In this document: piece after piece, positions 16,968 to 25,132 of the stretch
Numbering within the stretch: the first letter of the stretch is position 1
How the letters are laid out: each line of letters begins with the position of its first letter
From: Romboutsia sp.
GTDB taxonomy: Bacteria > Bacillota > Clostridia > Peptostreptococcales > Peptostreptococcaceae
Length of the DNA stretch: 35,367 nucleotides
NCBI GenBank assembly: GCA_017889265.1
Contig: JAGHEK010000013.1
Coordinates: 1-35,367, forward strand
Direction of reading: 5' to 3'
Program-made: the position numbers and the translations under genes
The notes under the pieces: generated by a model
Seen by the model: only the letters and a program-made list of their open reading frames with translations
Database searches by the model: none
What the model was told of the DNA's origin: nothing

Positions 16968-16995
16968 ATATACGGTATTATTATATTTTATTTTA
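16968..16995 (-). promoter_or_regulatory. Sigma-D/sigma-28-like promoter candidate for the module A-fliB-pse operon
   Basis: Minus strand reads TAAA-ATAAAATATAATAATA-CCGTATAT (16-nt spacer), 30 nt upstream of the ATG at 16938 and just downstream of the flagellin terminator. Confidence 0.4.
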
Positions 16996-17006
16996 TATAA
17001 AATTAT

Positions 17007-17039
17007 AATAAAAAAGAGATAAAGTTTTGCTTTATCTCT
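17007..17039 (-). terminator. Rho-independent terminator of the flagellin gene
   Basis: Minus-strand RNA AGAGAUAAAG-CAAAA-CUUUAUCUCU (perfect 10-bp stem, 17039-17015) followed by UUUUU. It starts 9 nt after the flagellin stop. Confidence 0.8.
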
Positions 17040-17047
17040 TATGATTA

Positions 17048-18229
17048 TTAGTTTAATAATTGCATTACACCTTGTGGTTGTTGCTTAGCTTGAGCCGCCA
17101 TTGATTGAGATGCTTGAGTTATTATATTATATTTAGATAATTTAATCATTTCTTTAGCAACATCTACATCTCTAATTCTTGATTCTGCAGCAGTTAAGTT
17201 TTCAGTTGAAGTAGACAAGTTCGCAGAAGTATACTCTAATCTATTTTGTTGAGCCCCGAACTGAGATCTAGCAGTGTTCATTTCCTTTAATGCTGCATCA
17301 ATTCTAGTCATAGATTGCTTAGCTATTTGATGATTAGTTACACCTAAAGATGTAGTTTGACCAGTTGATGTAGAAACTCTAAGATCTTTTAAAGATTCTC
17401 CTATACCTGCTAAGTTTAAACTTTCAACATCTCTAGTTTCTAAATTAGCCCCAGCTTGAATTTTGACAACTTCTGGATCCTTATCATTATTTACTATTTT
17501 ACAGTTACCAGTAGTTAAAACACATGCTGATCCAGCTTTTCCACTACCAGCGCTTGTTAATTTATACATATATGAACCATTATCTGCTATTGCTAATTCT
17601 TTTGTTACTTTACTAGTTAATTTACCTGCTGTATCTTTATATAGTTGAACTAATTTAGAACCATTAGAATTTATAGCTTGAGTACCTTTTTTATAAACTT
17701 TATCACCTGTAGATGTTTCACAACCATATTGTTGATCATAAACCCCTGCTACAGTAGTTCCATCAGATTTTCTAACTACCATAGCATTAAATCCTGCAGA
17801 GTTAACATCTTTTTCTCCAACTAATAATTCTTTTTCATTGAATTTAGTTTCTTCAGCTATTTTTCCTAACTCCTCACCTAATTGAGCTAATTCATTGTTT
17901 ATCTTTTCTCTATCATCAGCAGTGTTAGTATCATTAGCCCCTTGAATAGTTAACTCTCTCATTCTTTGAGCTATATTAGTAGCTTCTTCTAAAGCACCTT
18001 CTGCAGTTTGTATCATAGATATACCATCTTGAACGTTTCTATCTGCTTGTTCCATACCTCTTATTTGAGATCTCATTTTTTCAGATATTGCAAGTCCTGC
18101 AGCATCATCAGCAGCCTTGTTTATTCTAAGACCTGTTGATAATTTCTCCATTGAAGCTGATTGTAATGCAGTATTTTTTGCCATTTGATTTACTGCGATA
18201 TTGGCATTAATATTAGTATTTATTCTCAT
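17048..18229 (-). CDS. fliC: Flagellin
   Basis: 393 aa. Conserved N-terminus MRINTNINANIAVNQ...LSTGLRINKAADDAAGLAISEKMRSQIRGMEQA...IQTAEGAL and C-terminus FGAQQNRLEY...NLTAAESRIRDVDVAKEM...QA. The central variable region is rich in Ser, Thr and Lys. Confidence 0.95.
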   Translation of the reverse strand: MRINTNINANIAVNQMAKNTALQSASMEKLSTGLRINKAADDAAGLAISEKMRSQIRGMEQADRNVQDGISMIQTAEGALEEATNIAQRMRELTIQGANDTNTADDREKINNELAQLGEELGKIAEETKFNEKELLVGEKDVNSAGFNAMVVRKSDGTTVAGVYDQQYGCETSTGDKVYKKGTQAINSNGSKLVQLYKDTAGKLTSKVTKELAIADNGSYMYKLTSAGSGKAGSACVLTTGNCKIVNNDKDPEVVKIQAGANLETRDVESLNLAGIGESLKDLRVSTSTGQTTSLGVTNHQIAKQSMTRIDAALKEMNTARSQFGAQQNRLEYTSANLSTSTENLTAAESRIRDVDVAKEMIKLSKYNIITQASQSMAAQAKQQPQGVMQLLN

Positions 18230-18236
18230 TTTTTAA

Positions 18237-18268
18237 CCCTCCATAGTTTTTTAATCGGCGTCCTTGCC
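18237..18268 (-). promoter_or_regulatory. Flagellin 5' leader with two GGA-type CsrA binding-site candidates (hairpin-loop AAGGA, and a GGA inside the Shine-Dalgarno)
   Basis: Minus strand reads GGC-AAGGAC-GCC (18268-18257), which presents AAGGA in a small loop. The SD is GGAGGG (18242-18237), 7 nt before the ATG. This layout parallels the two-site CsrA-repressed hag leader of B. subtilis. csrA and fliW are encoded 2.3 kb upstream. Confidence 0.45.
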
Positions 18269-18278
18269 TTACTGTTAT

Positions 18279-18306
18279 ATTATTCGTCTAAAAAATATAA
18301 ACTTTA
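18279..18306 (-). promoter_or_regulatory. Sigma-D-like promoter candidate for flagellin
   Basis: Minus strand reads TAAA-GTTTATATTTTTTAG-ACGAATAAT. The -35 overlaps the stop codon of the upstream ORF and the -10 lies 50 nt before the ATG. It is related to, but not identical with, the xCGTAT boxes elsewhere. Confidence 0.4.
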
Positions 18307-18612
18307 TATTTTTTTATTAAAAAGATTTATTTTATTATTAGAATTTCTTTTGTAATTATAATTAGCTTTTTGAGTTATCTTATACTTTTGAATTTCCTGT
18401 TTTACTTTTTGTATTTCTTGTGATAATAGATATTGTATTTCTTCATCTTTTTCTAGATTATCTCCTAAAGCCTCTTTAAAATCTTTTATATCCACTTTTT
18501 CTAGTATTTCTTGACGTTTTTCAAATAACTCATCCAAAATATCATATTTGTCGTTTTTTATAGCTTCAATAATACGTAGATTTAAATCATTCCATAGTTT
18601 AACTTCTTCCAT
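18304..18612 (-). CDS. Small helical protein in the FliT position (after fliS-fliD); function unproven
   Basis: 102 aa, charged and predicted all-helical (EILEKVDIKDFKEAL...EIQKVKQEIQKYK). Its position after fliD mirrors fliD-fliS-fliT in Bacillus. I recognised no diagnostic motif. Confidence 0.35.
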   Translation of the reverse strand: MEEVKLWNDLNLRIIEAIKNDKYDILDELFEKRQEILEKVDIKDFKEALGDNLEKDEEIQYLLSQEIQKVKQEIQKYKITQKANYNYKRNSNNKINLFNKKI

Positions 18613-18621
18613 GATCTAACC

Positions 18622-20121
18622 CTACGCCTGGAAAAATTGTTGCATTTGAGCATTTAATTTATTCATAGTAGACTCTAAGTTACCAAACTTTTTATAAAGC
18701 GAATCTTCTTTTTTGTTCATCTTTTTAATTAATTCAGATACTAACTCTTCTTTTTTCTTTATTTCTTCTGAATAATAATTGTTAGCAACTGATGCAGTAC
18801 TTTCTATACCCGCTTTTTGCGCAAATACAGAAGATGAAGACCCTACATATTTTTTTATAGTACTATTTACATTTTCAAATACGCTATCTGAATTTCCGGC
18901 TAATCTTTTATATACCTCATCTCCATTTTCTTGTAGAGCTTTTTTGAATTTATCTTCATCAAGCGCTAACTGACCTTTTTTATTATAATCAGAATGACTT
19001 GTTATACCAATTGATAGCATAAAGTCCATATTTTCACCAAATATAGCTTTTTGCATATCATCCATAAATCTTCTTAATTCTGGGTCGCTTTTTAATAGAC
19101 CTTCTTTAGCTTTTTCTTCCCATTTTTTTATTTCGTCTTCTGACATTTCTTTTTTCTGTTCGTCAGTTAAAGGTTTATAATCTTTATTCTTCTTTTCTAT
19201 TACTTCTTTGTAGATATCATCCATTAGTTTATTATAATCTTCAATAAACTGATTCATATGGTCAACTACTTTATCTACGTTTTGTTTAGAGGTAACTCTT
19301 GAAGTTCCTGTTGAATGAACGCTATATTTTATACCATCTATTTCAAAATTATTAGATTCTTTATCTAGACTAATCTTTTTACCATTTGATGTAGTCACTT
19401 CTATTTGAGCATTGCTACCTTTTTGTTCCGATTCAAAAGAACTAGATAAAAATCCTAATGCCTTAGATTGAGTTTTTCCATCTTTATCTAATATTTGTAT
19501 AGAAGAATTAACACCCGTTTGAGTTGATTCTAACTTAAACTCCCCAGTCATTTCACTAAAAGTTGCCTTGAAGTTTCCATTAGATGCTTCGTTCATCTTT
19601 TTCATCATACTGTCAAGTGTATCTTCTTTAGTTAGAGTTATAGTTTGACTAGTTCCTCCAGCAGTCTTTATCTGAAACTCTATGTCGCCTTTTGTAAAAT
19701 CTGCTCCTAGTTGTTCTAATTTAGAAGACTTTGTTAAAGCCTTTCCATTGGTAGCTGATGATGTTTCTATTTTAGCACCTGTTGCTAACTTTTTAACATC
19801 AAAAGTATAGTCTATATCGCTAGCACCAGTAGTTCCTGTTGCAGTTATAACATTAGAATCAGTACTTTCTACATCTAATGTATTCCAGTTATTACTATTT
19901 AATATAGAGTCTTTTGATGACATAGAAAGATATTTATCGCTAAAAGATTTAACATCTCCTATTATATCTCTATAAGCCTCTTGTTGCCATTTTAATACTT
20001 GTTCTTCACCTTTTATTGTATCTATCTTTTCTTGGTCTGCAGTTAGCATTTCCTTTACCATAGTATCTGTATCCATACCACTAGCAAGACCAGATAATCT
20101 TATTCCACTTACACTAGACAT
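18622..20121 (-). CDS. fliD: Flagellar filament cap protein
   Basis: 499 aa. N-terminus SGIRLSGLASGMDTDTMVKEMLTADQ and C-terminal heptad region (KFGNLESTMNKLNAQMQ) are typical of FliD. Confidence 0.9.
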   Translation of the reverse strand: MSSVSGIRLSGLASGMDTDTMVKEMLTADQEKIDTIKGEEQVLKWQQEAYRDIIGDVKSFSDKYLSMSSKDSILNSNNWNTLDVESTDSNVITATGTTGASDIDYTFDVKKLATGAKIETSSATNGKALTKSSKLEQLGADFTKGDIEFQIKTAGGTSQTITLTKEDTLDSMMKKMNEASNGNFKATFSEMTGEFKLESTQTGVNSSIQILDKDGKTQSKALGFLSSSFESEQKGSNAQIEVTTSNGKKISLDKESNNFEIDGIKYSVHSTGTSRVTSKQNVDKVVDHMNQFIEDYNKLMDDIYKEVIEKKNKDYKPLTDEQKKEMSEDEIKKWEEKAKEGLLKSDPELRRFMDDMQKAIFGENMDFMLSIGITSHSDYNKKGQLALDEDKFKKALQENGDEVYKRLAGNSDSVFENVNSTIKKYVGSSSSVFAQKAGIESTASVANNYYSEEIKKKEELVSELIKKMNKKEDSLYKKFGNLESTMNKLNAQMQQFFQA

Positions 20122-20132
20122 TTATACCACTC

Positions 20133-20516
20133 CTAACTTATTCCCTTAACTTTTTTGTCAACTTCATACCACATATCTCTTATTTCTTCTATAAGTGGTA
20201 ACACTTCTTCTACTTTTTTTACATCTTTGTTTACGTTAGCTAGTGCTAATTCATTTTTTATGAATTCATATATGTTATATAAATCCTCCATATAAGTTCC
20301 TGCACTTTTATCCATAGTTACCATAAGCTCAAAGAATATATCTTGAACTCTTACAAGTTCCTTATGAGCTCTAGGTATATTATTCTCTATCAAAGCAAGT
20401 CTTGCTATTTTAGTGTATTTAACTGCACCGTCAACAAGCATTAAAAGTAATTGTTCTTGAGTTACTGCAGCTATTGAATTTTTTTTATAATTACTATAAG
20501 GATTGTTTGCGTACAT
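20133..20516 (-). CDS. fliS: Flagellin-specific chaperone
   Basis: 127 aa. NPYSNYKKNSIAAVTQEQLLLMLVDGAVKY...A..ELVRVQDIFFEL matches the FliS four-helix signature. Confidence 0.9.
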   Translation of the reverse strand: MYANNPYSNYKKNSIAAVTQEQLLLMLVDGAVKYTKIARLALIENNIPRAHKELVRVQDIFFELMVTMDKSAGTYMEDLYNIYEFIKNELALANVNKDVKKVEEVLPLIEEIRDMWYEVDKKVKGIS

Positions 20517-20528
20517 TTTGTCACCTCT

Positions 20529-20741
20529 TTATTTAAATAGTTTCATTGCATCATTTATATTTATTTTAAATTCATTATTTTCTTCTTTTATTTTATCATA
20601 TACTTCTTTTCTTAGTATACTAGTAGTTTTTGGTGCCTCTATGCCTATTTTTACAGTTTTGTCATCTACTTTTATAACTTTTATTTCTATATCATTTCCT
20701 ATAAGAAACGATTCTCCTTCTTTTCTAGTAAATACAAGCAT
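20529..20741 (-). CDS. csrA: Carbon storage regulator CsrA (translational repressor of flagellin)
   Basis: 70 aa. [48 protein letters not shown] is near-canonical CsrA. Its start overlaps the fliW stop (TAATG). Confidence 0.95.
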   Translation of the reverse strand: MLVFTRKEGESFLIGNDIEIKVIKVDDKTVKIGIEAPKTTSILRKEVYDKIKEENNEFKININDAMKLFK

Positions 20742-21124
20742 TACTTATCACCTCTTATAATAGGCTCTCTAGTTAAATACTTATCATTTTGAATTATATA
20801 TTGCATTCCTTTATTATTTTTTATATTTATAATAATAGGAGCTTTTAAATTAACAGTACTTTCTTTTACGGTTTTACCTAATCTAACTAATCCCAAAACC
20901 ATAACGTCTTCTGTTTTTTCTATTTCAAGCAAATCTATAACTTCATCGTTTATATCAAATTCGTAATCATTTATTATAGTAAATGGAGATACTGCTATAA
21001 ATCCAACATATTCATCATCTACCGATACTATTGATTTGAAATCTTTATTATTTTCTATATCATTTAGTATAAATTTTTTATAGTTTTCAAACCCCGGTAT
21101 ACCGTTTTTAAATTCTATCTCCAT
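20741..21124 (-). CDS. fliW: Flagellar assembly factor FliW (CsrA antagonist)
   Basis: 127 aa. [16 protein letters not shown]...FIAVSPF...NLKAPIIIN matches the FliW signature. Immediately upstream of csrA. Confidence 0.9.
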   Translation of the reverse strand: MEIEFKNGIPGFENYKKFILNDIENNKDFKSIVSVDDEYVGFIAVSPFTIINDYEFDINDEVIDLLEIEKTEDVMVLGLVRLGKTVKESTVNLKAPIIINIKNNKGMQYIIQNDKYLTREPIIRGDK

Positions 21125-21141
21125 AAATCCACCTCTTTATC

Positions 21142-22116
21142 CTATATAAAATCCATTAAAGTTGGTTGAATAAGTTTTGCACTTACTTTTAATGATGCTT
21201 GATAAATCATTTGTGATGTTGAATATTCTACTAATTTTTCTGCATAATCTGTATCTTGATTGACTGATAAGAGTTTTTCCATTTCAAGCAAGTTATTCTC
21301 ATTCAAATCTTTTACTTTTTCTAATTTTTGTATATTAGTACCTACTTCAGTTCTTATATTTACAGTATAATCAAAAAAATCATCAAGTTCAGTCTTTAAA
21401 CTATCATCATTAAAAAGTAATTTATTTTTATTTTCTTCAACGTCGACTCCGTTTGCTATATCATTCATTGTAATTGATATATTGTTTATCGTATCTAAAA
21501 AACCATTACTCGTTATATTACCATTAGCATCTCTTTCTATACCAAGTATATCATCTACCGAAAAACTATAATCAACGTTTATATTTTCAGATATTTCAAT
21601 GTTAAGCCTCGCTTGTAAATCCTCTGGTCTTATATTAGGATTTATTTCAAGTTGTGTTGGAGGACCTTCATTTATTATTATAGGAGGTTCTTCTAATTCA
21701 GTACCTGCCATTAAATATTTATCTCCGTAAGCATTATTTAGTACATCACCTAATTGCTTTACTTTTTCATCCATTTCTTTAGCAATAGATTTCATTTCTG
21801 TTTCTGAATAAGCTCCATTTCCTACTTGAAGTATAGATTCTTTAAAATCATTTAATATCATTCCAGTTTTATCTAAAGTAGCATCTGTATTATCAAGCCA
21901 ACCACTTACTTCATCTATATTTTCGTTATATTTTTCAGTGTATGCTATTTCATTTTTTAGCCCCATTATTCTTCTTGCTTTATAAGGGTCATCAGACACT
22001 CTATTTATTTCTTTTCCAGTGTTTAATTGTTCATTTAATTTTCCCATTCTTTGAAGGTTTCTTTGTGTTTGATATATCTGTGTTGAAATAAGTCCTGTAT
22101 TAGTAACTCTCATCAA
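21142..22116 (-). CDS. flgL: Flagellar hook-associated protein 3
   Basis: 324 aa. Flagellin-like N-terminus MRVTN...LNEQLNTGKEINRVSDDP and C-terminus LVEYSTSQMIYQASLKVSAKLIQPTLMDFI. Follows flgK. Confidence 0.85.
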   Translation of the reverse strand: MMRVTNTGLISTQIYQTQRNLQRMGKLNEQLNTGKEINRVSDDPYKARRIMGLKNEIAYTEKYNENIDEVSGWLDNTDATLDKTGMILNDFKESILQVGNGAYSETEMKSIAKEMDEKVKQLGDVLNNAYGDKYLMAGTELEEPPIIINEGPPTQLEINPNIRPEDLQARLNIEISENINVDYSFSVDDILGIERDANGNITSNGFLDTINNISITMNDIANGVDVEENKNKLLFNDDSLKTELDDFFDYTVNIRTEVGTNIQKLEKVKDLNENNLLEMEKLLSVNQDTDYAEKLVEYSTSQMIYQASLKVSAKLIQPTLMDFI

Positions 22117-22126
22117 TTAATACCTC

Positions 22127-23797
22127 CTATCTTTTTAGTCCATTTATAACAACATCTAAAAGAGAGTCTAGAGTTGATATTACTTTTGCACTCGCACTAT
22201 AAGAGTGTTGGAATTGAATTAGATTTACCATTTCTTCATCAAGAGATACCCCTGTTATAGACATTCTTGATGATTCTATTCCATTTAACACTTTACTTTG
22301 ATTAGATTCTGCTCTTATTACTTCGCTAGTTTCATTACCTAGTTTTTGAACTAAATCATTATAATAAGTGTTTATACTAACCATTTTAGGATTTCCATTT
22401 GCATCAAGTACAGGATTTCCATTGTTATCAGTAACCGGTATAACCTTTTCATCTTTTAAGTCATACATCTGACCTGCAATATTAACCATTTCATCGTGAG
22501 GTATAGCCCCTAGGATATTGTGGGCATCTTCCACTACGCTAAGCATAGGGTTTCCATTTGCATCAAACTCTATTATATTTCCATTTAGATTGTTATTTGG
22601 GTTAACTATTCTATTTATATTATCTGCTAAATTTTGAGCCATAGTTTGCATATTTGATACATACTCATCTATTTTTTTATTCATCTCTATGCAACCTTGT
22701 ATTTCTCCTGATATACCGCTAGTTGGCATTCCTGATGCTTTAGTTGTATAAGTTTCTCCATTTTGCATCACTGCTTCACCAGTAGTTTTATCCACATAAC
22801 CTATATTTTGTCCTTTATCATTTTTTATATTTCCCATATCATCTACTTTAGCATATACTTTTCCATCTTCATCTAAAAGTTCACTCACTTTTGCTTTACT
22901 TAAATCTTTAACTACCATATCTTTTCCAGTAGTTTTATCTATCGTTACGAATTCTCCATTTTTATTTATTCTATGGTCTAAAACATTTCCATCAGTAGTA
23001 ACTATACTTCCATCTTGTCTAGTTACGTATATTCCAGTTATGTCACCATTTGCATCTTTTGAATATCTAAGCTCATTTCCTGGTTGAATAGCAGAATCTA
23101 AAAGTTCTCTAGTTTCATCTGTATTCATATTCATTTTATAACTCAAATCATCTATTATTCTATCTACTTCATCATATAAATCGTTAGGAGTTTTTCCACT
23201 ACCTTCTACTAACTTTATATCTTTTTGTAATCCTCTTAATTTTTCTATACTAGAATTTATACTTTTTAGATTTTCTTCTAAGTCTGTGTTTATTTGTTCT
23301 TTCATAGAACTTAATTTATCGGTAACATTACTTATATTTTGTGATAAAAATTTAGTATTTTGTATAACTACATCAATAGAACCTGCATCTCCTGGTCTTT
23401 TAGAAAGCTCGTGCCAACTCATATAAAAGTCGTTGTATGCAGATGATATTGATGAATCTGAAGGCTCATTGAATATAGTTTCCATATGTCTAAAGTTTTC
23501 GTATTTTTTAGCAGTTGCACCGTATTCGTGAGTTTCGTTTCTAAATTGAAAATCGTGGAAAGAATTTCTAATTCTAACTACGTCATCTGCTTGCACTCCT
23601 TGCCCTATCTGACCTGCACCCATATAGCTATTATAACCCGGATAGCTATATGCAGATCTTTGAGTTTGCACTACCTGTTGTCTTGTATATCCGGGTGTAT
23701 TCATATTGTTTATATTATGTGATGTTGTTTGTATATTCATCTGACTTACACTCATTCCTGAGTATGATGAATACAATGTCGATATTAATCCTGGCAT
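22127..23797 (-). CDS. flgK: Flagellar hook-associated protein 1
   Basis: 556 aa. N-terminus GMSVSQMNIQTTSHNINNMNTPGYTRQ and C-terminus GVSLDEEMVNLIQFQHSYSASAKVISTLDSLLDVVI are canonical FlgK. Confidence 0.9.
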   Translation of the reverse strand: MPGLISTLYSSYSGMSVSQMNIQTTSHNINNMNTPGYTRQQVVQTQRSAYSYPGYNSYMGAGQIGQGVQADDVVRIRNSFHDFQFRNETHEYGATAKKYENFRHMETIFNEPSDSSISSAYNDFYMSWHELSKRPGDAGSIDVVIQNTKFLSQNISNVTDKLSSMKEQINTDLEENLKSINSSIEKLRGLQKDIKLVEGSGKTPNDLYDEVDRIIDDLSYKMNMNTDETRELLDSAIQPGNELRYSKDANGDITGIYVTRQDGSIVTTDGNVLDHRINKNGEFVTIDKTTGKDMVVKDLSKAKVSELLDEDGKVYAKVDDMGNIKNDKGQNIGYVDKTTGEAVMQNGETYTTKASGMPTSGISGEIQGCIEMNKKIDEYVSNMQTMAQNLADNINRIVNPNNNLNGNIIEFDANGNPMLSVVEDAHNILGAIPHDEMVNIAGQMYDLKDEKVIPVTDNNGNPVLDANGNPKMVSINTYYNDLVQKLGNETSEVIRAESNQSKVLNGIESSRMSITGVSLDEEMVNLIQFQHSYSASAKVISTLDSLLDVVINGLKR

Positions 23798-23812
23798 ATT
23801 CTCCCTCCAATA

Positions 23813-24226
23813 TTATTTTCTGATTTGCCCATAAGCATTATAAGTTCCATTTCCTCTTTTAGGACTTAATAAATTAAGCATTTTTTTTGTATAGAAAAGC
23901 CTATTTTTAACTAATTCCTCATTTGCCTTTTTTTGTTGTTCTATCATATTTAGATTTCTTTGAATATCTCTATATGCTTCAGTTAATTTTTCATCATTTG
24001 AACTTTCTACTAATTCTTTTAAAGAGGCATCTTTCCCCATTATATTTCTTCTTTCGATTTCTAGCTTTGCTAGTTTTTTTGATACATCTTCTAGTTCAGA
24101 AACTATACTGTCCATTTTTACGACTTCTTTATTTACTATATAGTCGTATTGCCTATCTAAAAGATCTAATAAATCTTTTATTACTTTTTTTTCTTCAAAT
24201 ATCACAACCTTAAGATTTGCATTCAT
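23813..24226 (-). CDS. flgN: FlgN-family export chaperone candidate
   Basis: 137 aa helical protein directly upstream of flgK. N-terminal LLDLLDRQYDYIVNKEVVKMDSI and central LAKLEIERRN fit the FlgN pattern. The call rests mainly on synteny and size. Confidence 0.55.
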   Translation of the reverse strand: MNANLKVVIFEEKKVIKDLLDLLDRQYDYIVNKEVVKMDSIVSELEDVSKKLAKLEIERRNIMGKDASLKELVESSNDEKLTEAYRDIQRNLNMIEQQKKANEELVKNRLFYTKKMLNLLSPKRGNGTYNAYGQIRK

Positions 24227-24235
24227 TTTATCACC

Positions 24236-24547
24236 TTATCCATCCATTTTTATTTGAGATAATCTTATGGCCAATTTATTATCTATTATTATACTTTCTC
24301 CACTTGCAATTCTTTTTCCGTTAACCCTTATATCAAGACCTTCCTCAACGTGTTTATCAAGTACTATTATATCTCCTTCTTTGTAGCTAACTATTCTACC
24401 TATTTTTTCTTTAGTCGACCCCATTTCAACACTTATTTCCATACAAGATTGCATAACATCTTCTGTTGCATCTATTTTTTCTTTTTCACCTTGTACTAAC
24501 TGTTCAAACTCAACTTCATATATAGTTTCATTATTTTGTTGAGACAC
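24236..24547 (-). CDS. Stand-alone FliN-like (SpoA domain) protein
   Basis: 103 aa, GTG start with RBS AAGGAGG. MEISVEMGSTKEKIGRIVSYKEGDIIVLDKHVEEGLDIRVNGKRIASGESIIIDNKLAIRLSQI aligns with the FliN C-terminal domain consensus (V.LG.T......L..L..G.VI.LD......V.I.VNG..IA.GE.V.......G.R...I). Confidence 0.7.
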   Translation of the reverse strand: MSQQNNETIYEVEFEQLVQGEKEKIDATEDVMQSCMEISVEMGSTKEKIGRIVSYKEGDIIVLDKHVEEGLDIRVNGKRIASGESIIIDNKLAIRLSQIKMDG

Positions 24548-24559
24548 TAAAATACCTCC

Positions 24560-24982
24560 TTATAAATATACATCTAATAAAAGTCCATTTATTTCTTCTA
24601 CTTTAGATGCTATATCTAGATTTTCCTTTTGCTCATATATCAGCTCTCTAGTCATTTGTTCTAGTTTTTCATTAACCGTTTTTACTGTTGTAAAATAATT
24701 TCCTTCCCAAAAACTAGTATTTTTATTTATACTATATGCATAATCAACTACCGATTTTAAATATCCTTTTATAGCTTTTTTATACATAGAAATATCACTA
24801 TAATTTTGTGTACGTATTAATCTTTCTCCAGATTTTTTGATTTCTTTCATATAATCGTCAAGTTCTTGTTTAGTTTTTGATTTATTCATGCTATCAAAAC
24901 TCTGAGAAAAATCTGTTTTCGTTTTTGTAAAGTTATTTTCTATATTTACACTTTTATTAGAATTTATATTTTGAACTCTCAT
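24560..24982 (-). CDS. DUF327/YaaR-like protein, first gene of the late flagellar operon
   Basis: 140 aa. Architecture and C-terminus (EKLEQMTRELIYEQKENLDIASKVEEINGLLLDVYL) resemble B. subtilis YaaR as I remember it (...EIKGMLINLYT). It is not FlgM-like. Confidence 0.5.
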   Translation of the reverse strand: MRVQNINSNKSVNIENNFTKTKTDFSQSFDSMNKSKTKQELDDYMKEIKKSGERLIRTQNYSDISMYKKAIKGYLKSVVDYAYSINKNTSFWEGNYFTTVKTVNEKLEQMTRELIYEQKENLDIASKVEEINGLLLDVYL

Positions 24983-25014
24983 AAATTTATCCCTCTACAA
25001 ATTATATATATTAT

Positions 25015-25041
25015 TAATACGGTTACTTTATATTTTACTTA
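25015..25041 (-). promoter_or_regulatory. Sigma-D-like promoter candidate for the late flagellar operon
   Basis: Minus strand reads TAAG-TAAAATATAAAGTAA-CCGTATTA (15-nt spacer), 33 nt upstream of the ATG at 24982. Confidence 0.4.
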
Positions 25042-25089
25042 ATATTAATAAATTAATTCTATCATTTATTATTATGCTATTCAAGAATA

Positions 25090-25124
25090 CAAAAAAAGTC
25101 CTGAAAGATTAATTCTTCCAAGAC
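25090..25124 (-). terminator. Rho-independent terminator after cheV
   Basis: Minus-strand RNA GUCUUGGAAGA-AUUA-UCUUUCAGGAC (11-bp stem with two G-U pairs, 25124-25098) followed by U7. It starts 9 nt after the cheV stop. Confidence 0.65.
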
Positions 25125-25132
25125 TATAATAT

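Noticed and set aside
18304-18612. Calling the 102-aa ORF between fliD and flagellin FlaG or FliT with confidence.
   Set aside because: Only its position and helical character support a FliT-like role. It lacks the FlaG C-terminal pattern and I recognise no diagnostic motif. It is listed as a low-confidence feature only.
22127-23797. Recurrent D(A/N)NGN(P/I) motifs in FlgK (DANGDITG, DANGNPML, DNNGNPVLDANGNPKM) and one in FlgL (DANGNITS).
   Set aside because: These are short, loosely spaced motifs in the variable central domains of hook-associated proteins, probably ordinary beta-turn-rich domain sequence. The underlying DNA is not repetitive, and I cannot attach a function without structure or comparison.
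24983-25132. Possible riboswitch or other leader RNA (e.g. c-di-GMP class I, as upstream of the early flagellar operon in C. difficile) in the 150-nt and 183-nt intergenic regions at 24983..25132 and 26057..26239.
   Set aside because: After subtracting the cheV terminator and the promoter-like motif, only ~30 nt of leader remain before the RBS at 24983..25132. Both regions are almost pure A/T and have no conserved GC-containing helices that I could fold.
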